Shown: positions 39,681-44,114 of the stretch, piece after piece
Position numbering within the stretch: the stretch's first letter is position 1
Layout: every line of letters starts with the position of its first letter
Translations under genes and position numbers: made by a program
The notes under the pieces: model-generated
The model's database searches: none
What the model was told of the DNA's origin: nothing
The model's input: the letters and a program-made list of their open reading frames with translations, nothing else
From: Gammaproteobacteria bacterium
GTDB taxonomy: Bacteria > Pseudomonadota > Gammaproteobacteria > Xanthomonadales > Xanthomonadaceae
DNA: 44,114 nt
Direction: 5' to 3'
NCBI GenBank assembly: GCA_012515985.1
Contig: JAAYXJ010000197.1
Location: 1-44,114 of the forward strand

Positions 39681-40846
39681 AGACCGTCTGGATCGTTGCC
39701 CGCAAGGAGCTCGTGGACATGTTCCGCGACCGGCGCACCATGCTCATCAGCCTGCTGATGGGTCCGCTGCTGGTGCCGGTGATGTTGCTGGGGATCGGCT
39801 CGATGGTCGAAAGCCGGATGCGCACGCAGATGGAATCGACCCTGGAGCTGCCGGTGATCGGCACCGAGCACGCGCCCAACCTGGTCGCATTCCTGGAGGA
39901 GCGCAACATCCGGACCGTGCCCGGGCCGGATGACCCCGACGCCACGGTCCGCCAACAGGAGGCGGACGTGATCCTGCGCATCAGCCCGGAGTTCGGCGAC
40001 CAGTGGCGGGAGAGCCGCCCGGCCCGGGTCGAACTGATCCATGACAGCTCGCGCCAGGATTCGCAGATCCCGGTATCGCGCCTGATGACGGTGCTGGCCG
40101 AGTACAGCGGCAGCGTGGGCATGCTGCGGGGCATCAGCCGCGGCGTCAGTCCTGAGGCCGGATTTGCGGTGCAGGTGGCGCGCCGCGACGTCGCGACCCC
40201 GGAGTCGCGGCGGGCGATGGCGCTGGCGTTCCTGCCGTACCTGCTGGTGTTCTTCAGCTTCCTGGGCGGGGCGCACCTGGCGATGGATGCCACCGCCGGC
40301 GAGCGCGAACGACAGTCCCTCGAGCCGCTGCTGGCCACCCCTGCGCGGCGCGCGGCGATCATGAGCGGCAAGATCCTGGGCGCATGCCTGTTCGGCGCCA
40401 TGAGCCTGGTGCTGATGCTGGTGGCATTCAAGCTCAGCTTCCAGTTCGCGCCCGGGTCGCTGCGGATGATCAACGTCTCCACCCCGGTGATGGCGATGCT
40501 GCTGGTGGTGCTGCTGCCGATGGTCCTCATCGGCACTTCGCTGCTCACCCTGATCTCGGCCTCGGTCAAGTCGATGAAGGAGGCGCAGGGCTACATGACG
40601 GTGCTGATGCTGGTGCCCATGGTGCCGACCATGGTGCTGATGCTGAACCCGGTGAAGGACGCGCTGTGGCAGTTCGCGGTGCCGTTCCTGGCCCAGAGCC
40701 AGATGATCATGAAGCTGGTGCGCGGCGAGGTCGTCAGCCCGCTGGAGTGGACCGTGTACATGGGCGCGGGCCTGGGCGCGGGCCTGCTGCTTTGGTTCCT
40801 GGCATCGCGGATGTACCTGCGCGAGAAGCTCGCGGTATCGGCCTGA
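39677..40846 (+). CDS. natB: ABC permease (NatB-like)
   Basis: KELVDMFRDRRT, DATAGERERQSLEPLL, KSMKEAQ. Confidence 0.85.
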   Translation: MKTVWIVARKELVDMFRDRRTMLISLLMGPLLVPVMLLGIGSMVESRMRTQMESTLELPVIGTEHAPNLVAFLEERNIRTVPGPDDPDATVRQQEADVILRISPEFGDQWRESRPARVELIHDSSRQDSQIPVSRLMTVLAEYSGSVGMLRGISRGVSPEAGFAVQVARRDVATPESRRAMALAFLPYLLVFFSFLGGAHLAMDATAGERERQSLEPLLATPARRAAIMSGKILGACLFGAMSLVLMLVAFKLSFQFAPGSLRMINVSTPVMAMLLVVLLPMVLIGTSLLTLISASVKSMKEAQGYMTVLMLVPMVPTMVLMLNPVKDALWQFAVPFLAQSQMIMKLVRGEVVSPLEWTVYMGAGLGAGLLLWFLASRMYLREKLAVSA

Positions 40847-40859
40847 CGCCGCGCCGCGG

Positions 40860-40893
40860 AAAAAAGGAAACGCCCGGCGATGCCGGGCGTTTC
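40860..40893 (-). terminator. rho-independent terminator between convergent natB and tonB-like genes
   Basis: Stem GAAACGCCCGGC-gat-GCCGGGCGTTTC (40867-40893); A-run at 40860-40865 gives a U-tract on the minus strand. Confidence 0.8.
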
Positions 40894-40912
40894 GCCATGC
40901 GCGGCGGATGGA

Positions 40913-41965
40913 TCAGCCGCCGGGATTGAAGCCGATCACGCGCCGTGTGGTGACCGCTTCCCCGACCGGCTCGAAGCGCCAGCGGCGCACGGCCGCCACT
41001 GCCTCGCGGTCGAACACCCGCGGTGGATCGGCGCGCACCACGCGCGCGTTCGCCACCGAACCGTCCGGATTGACGGTGAACTCGACGAGCACCTCGCCAG
41101 CCTGCCCGGCGCGCAGCGCGTCGGACGGATAACGCGGGGCCGGCGTGCTGATCGCGCGCAGTTCCGGCGGCGAGGCCGCGGCCGCTGCGGCGCGCTCGCG
41201 CTCGGCCTGTTCCTCGGCGGCGCGGCGCTCGGCGGCGCGGCGCTCGGCGGCCAGGCGCTCCGCTTCCTCCTGCTCGGCGGCGCGGCGCTCGGCCGCAAGC
41301 CGCTCTGCCGCTTCCTGTTCGGCCTGTTCGGCCGCCAGCCGGGCCGCCTCGGCCTGGGCTTCCTGCTGCTGCCGCTGGCGCTCGGCTTCCAGCTGGCGCT
41401 GGCGCTCGGCCGCCTGTTCGGCGGTCAGCTGCTGCTGTTCGATGCGCCGGGCGGTGGCCTGCTCGGCCTGCTCGATGGTGCTGGCCAGGCGCGGCAGGGC
41501 CGGATGCTCCGGGCTGGCGCGCTCGATCAGCCCCTGCAGTCGCCGGGCCTCGTCGTAGTCCTCGCGATCCCGGCTCTGTTCGGTGGCAATGACCGTCATC
41601 GGCAGCAGGTCGGTCAGGGCGCTGGACGCGGCGGCATCGCCGGGCGCGCGCTCGCGCAGGGCCAGGTAGTACTCCAGGGCATTGTCGCCCGGCGGCGCGT
41701 ACAGCCGGCTCTCGGCATAGGCCTGGCGCGCGGCGGCGCGCAGCTCGTCCGCGCTCAGCGCGGCCAGCGCGTCGTCCGCGGGAGGCGGCTGCGCCTCGTC
41801 CGCAGGCGCGGCGGCGGGCTCGCCACCCCCGTCCCCGGGCTGGGTGGACGCCTCCGGCGCGGCAGGCTGGTCGCCGCTGCAGGCGCCCAGCAGGATGGCC
41901 AGCGCGAACATGCCCGCGACCTTGGCCCAGCGTGGGGCCAGCGGCCCGTTTTCAATCCCCGACAT
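40913..41965 (-). CDS. TonB-family protein with lipoprotein-like signal and long charged helix
   Basis: C-terminal PRYP...GEVLVEFTVNPDGSV...FDREAVAAVRRWRFEP (TonB_C); LGAC lipobox; AAERR repeats. Confidence 0.82.
   Translation of the reverse strand: MSGIENGPLAPRWAKVAGMFALAILLGACSGDQPAAPEASTQPGDGGGEPAAAPADEAQPPPADDALAALSADELRAAARQAYAESRLYAPPGDNALEYYLALRERAPGDAAASSALTDLLPMTVIATEQSRDREDYDEARRLQGLIERASPEHPALPRLASTIEQAEQATARRIEQQQLTAEQAAERQRQLEAERQRQQQEAQAEAARLAAEQAEQEAAERLAAERRAAEQEEAERLAAERRAAERRAAEEQAERERAAAAAASPPELRAISTPAPRYPSDALRAGQAGEVLVEFTVNPDGSVANARVVRADPPRVFDREAVAAVRRWRFEPVGEAVTTRRVIGFNPGG
41213..41251. repeat. 15-bp tandem repeat (about 2.6 copies) encoding AAERR
   Basis: CTCGGCGGCGCGGCG twice plus a partial copy. 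Confidence 0.75.
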
Positions 41966-42066
41966 CAGTTCCCCCTGGTGCTTCTTGCGTTGGATGCGCG
42001 TGCGTAGGACGCGACAGCGGAGGCGATTTGTCAACTCCCGGCCGCCCCCGGCCGTGCACGGCGGCG

Positions 42067-43419
42067 CTACTTGCCGATGCAGAAAGTGGAGAATATGCGC
42101 CCCAGCAGCTCGTCGGGCGACACCCGGCCGGTGATTTCGCCCAGCGCGTCGTGGGCCTGGCGCAGGGCCTCGGCCGCCAGCTCGAGCACGCCCGCGTCCA
42201 GCTGCGCCCGGGACTGCTGGAGCGCGCCGGCCGCGCGTTCCAGCGCCTCGACGTGGCGGGCCCGGGCGGTGAACTCGTCGGCGCCGGCATGGCCGCCGCC
42301 GGCAAGCGCGTGCAGCCGCTGGTGGACCTGTTCCAGTCCCTGCCCGGTGCGCGCCGAGATCCAGACCGCGTCGGCGTCGCCCGGGTGCGGCGCGGGAACG
42401 AGGTCGGCCTTGTTGTACAGCCACAGGACCTGCGGCACACCGGCAATGGCTTCGGCCACCGCGGCCCGGCCGGCCTGCGGATCGCGGCCATCGAGGACGA
42501 CGATCGCCAGGTCCGCCCGCTCCAGCTCGGCGCGGGCGCGGCGCATGCCTTCGCGCTCGATCGCATCGCCACCTTCACGCAGTCCGGCGGTATCCACCAG
42601 GTCCAGCTCCACCCCATCCACCCGCACCGTCTCGCGCAGCAGGTCGCGTGTGGTCCCGGCGATGTCGGTGACGATCGCCCGTTCACTGCCGGCCAGCGCG
42701 TTGAGCAGCGAGCTCTTGCCGGCGTTGGGCGGGCCCACGATCACCGCGTGCAGGCCGTCGCGCAGCTTGCGCCCGCGCTCGGCGGCCGCCAGCAGCGCAT
42801 CCAGCCCGTCTGCGGCCTCCTCCAGCCCGGCCGCCACGTCTCCGGCGCCCAGCGTCTCGATGGGCTCGTCGGAGAAGTCGATCATCGCCTCCACGTGCAC
42901 CCGCAGCGACAGCACCCTGGCCGCGATCGCCTCCACCCGGGTCGAGAACCCTCCGTCCAGCGCCCTTCGCGCCGCGCGCGCCGCGCGCAGGTCGCCGGCG
43001 GCGATGAGGTCGGCGACGGCTTCGGCCTGCGCCAGGTCCAGGCGGCCGTTGAGGAAGGCGCGCTCGCTGAACTCGCCCGGCCGGGCCTGGCGGGCACCGT
43101 GCTCCACGCACAGCGCCACCAGGCGGCGCAGCACGGCCGGGCTGCCGTGGGCCTGGAGCTCGGCCACGTCCTCGCCGGTGTAGCTGGCCGGCGCGGGGAA
43201 CGCCAGGGCGATGCCGTCGTCGAGCACCGTGCCGTCGCGCTCCTGGAAGCGGCGGTAATGGGCCCGGCGCGGCTGCAGCGCCCCCCCGGAGATCGCCGCG
43301 GCGATGTCCAGGGCCGCGGGGCCGGACAGGCGCACCACGCCGATCCCGGCCGCGCCGGCCGCCGTGGCAATGGCGACGATGGTGTCGACGGCGGGCGCCA
43401 CCGGATCCGGACTGTCCAT
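42067..43419 (-). CDS. mnmE: tRNA modification GTPase MnmE
   Basis: [39 protein letters not shown]-terminal FCIGK. Confidence 0.97.
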   Translation of the reverse strand: MDSPDPVAPAVDTIVAIATAAGAAGIGVVRLSGPAALDIAAAISGGALQPRRAHYRRFQERDGTVLDDGIALAFPAPASYTGEDVAELQAHGSPAVLRRLVALCVEHGARQARPGEFSERAFLNGRLDLAQAEAVADLIAAGDLRAARAARRALDGGFSTRVEAIAARVLSLRVHVEAMIDFSDEPIETLGAGDVAAGLEEAADGLDALLAAAERGRKLRDGLHAVIVGPPNAGKSSLLNALAGSERAIVTDIAGTTRDLLRETVRVDGVELDLVDTAGLREGGDAIEREGMRRARAELERADLAIVVLDGRDPQAGRAAVAEAIAGVPQVLWLYNKADLVPAPHPGDADAVWISARTGQGLEQVHQRLHALAGGGHAGADEFTARARHVEALERAAGALQQSRAQLDAGVLELAAEALRQAHDALGEITGRVSPDELLGRIFSTFCIGK

Positions 43420-43466
43420 GGCAGCGATGCTAACCGGCCGGCCTGGGACAAGGCCCCCGGGCGCCG

Positions 43467-44114
43467 TCAGCCCTTGGCCTTGGCAGGCTTGCCGGAACCC
43501 GGCGACTTCGGCGGATCGCCGCTGTAGCGGCGCAGGAACCACCACTGCTGGAGCAGGCCCAGCGCGCCGTTGGTGACCCAGTACAGGACCAGGCCGGCCG
43601 GGAAGAAGATCATGATCGCGCCGAAGATCACCGGCATCAGCTGCATGATGCGCTGCTGCATCGGGTCCATGCCGGTCATGGGGCTGAGCCTCTGCGTCGA
43701 CCACATCACCGCGATGTTGACGATTGGCAGGATGAAGAACGGATCGGGCGCGGTCAGGTCCTGGATCCAGCCGATCCACGGCGCGTGGCGCAGCTCCACC
43801 GACTCCAGCAGCACCCAGTACAGGGCGAAGAAGATCGGCATCTGCAGCAGGATCGGCAGGCAGCCGCCGACCGGGTTGATCTTCTCCTTCTTGTACAGCT
43901 CCATCATCGCCATCTGGAACTTCTGCTTGTCGTCCCCGTAGCGTTCCTTGAGCTGCTGCATGCGCGGCTGGAACCGGCGCATCTTGGCCATCGACTTGTA
44001 CTGCGCCGCCGACAGCGGATACAGGGCCAGCTTGACCACGACCACCAGGCCGACGATCGCCCAGCCCCAGTTCTTGACCAGGCCGTGGATCTTGTCGAGC
44101 AGCCAGAACAGCCA
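43467..44114 (-). CDS. yidC: membrane protein insertase YidC (3' part; truncated by the window edge)
   Basis: [41 protein letters not shown]. Confidence 0.96.
   Translation of the reverse strand, partial: WLFWLLDKIHGLVKNWGWAIVGLVVVVKLALYPLSAAQYKSMAKMRRFQPRMQQLKERYGDDKQKFQMAMMELYKKEKINPVGGCLPILLQMPIFFALYWVLLESVELRHAPWIGWIQDLTAPDPFFILPIVNIAVMWSTQRLSPMTGMDPMQQRIMQLMPVIFGAIMIFFPAGLVLYWVTNGALGLLQQWWFLRRYSGDPPKSPGSGKPAKAKG

Noticed and set aside
42067-43779. 570-aa N-terminally extended MnmE
   Set aside because: The extension overlaps yidC out of frame; MnmE homology begins just after ATG 43419, which has a -10-like hexamer upstream

Overview
Very GC-rich chromosomal window from a Xanthomonadaceae/Lysobacteraceae-like gammaproteobacterium (inferred from gene content), probably near oriC because it ends in mnmE and a partial yidC. 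It holds about 45 protein-coding genes. I saw no rRNA, tRNA, CRISPR array, transposase or integrase. Recognisable genes include uppP, a plsC-like acyltransferase, sixA, ggt, bacterial topoisomerase IB, hrpB, tatD, a yadGH-like ABC pair, a natAB-like ABC pair, mnmE and yidC. The most unusual elements are: (i) two tandem, related Arg/Gly/Tyr/Ser-rich microproteins with their own RBSs (8498-8872; one is missing from the ORF track); (ii) a MacAB-type ABC operon with three different periplasmic adaptors and no outer-membrane factor; (iii) a GxSxG phospholipase with an 11-residue Trp repeat tail followed by an exported ankyrin protein (effector/immunity-like pair); (iv) an XRE-regulator operon (membrane protein, XRE, exported hydrolase, NatAB) with twin TGTCAAG-N4-CTTGACA operators over a TTGACA promoter; (v) an orphan ParA-SixA-YceI-phospholipase D operon divergent from a Ycf46-like AAA ATPase; (vi) a 35-bp palindromic bidirectional promoter likely giving leaderless hrpB and tatD mRNAs. 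All calls come from motif reading by eye; no database searches were run.
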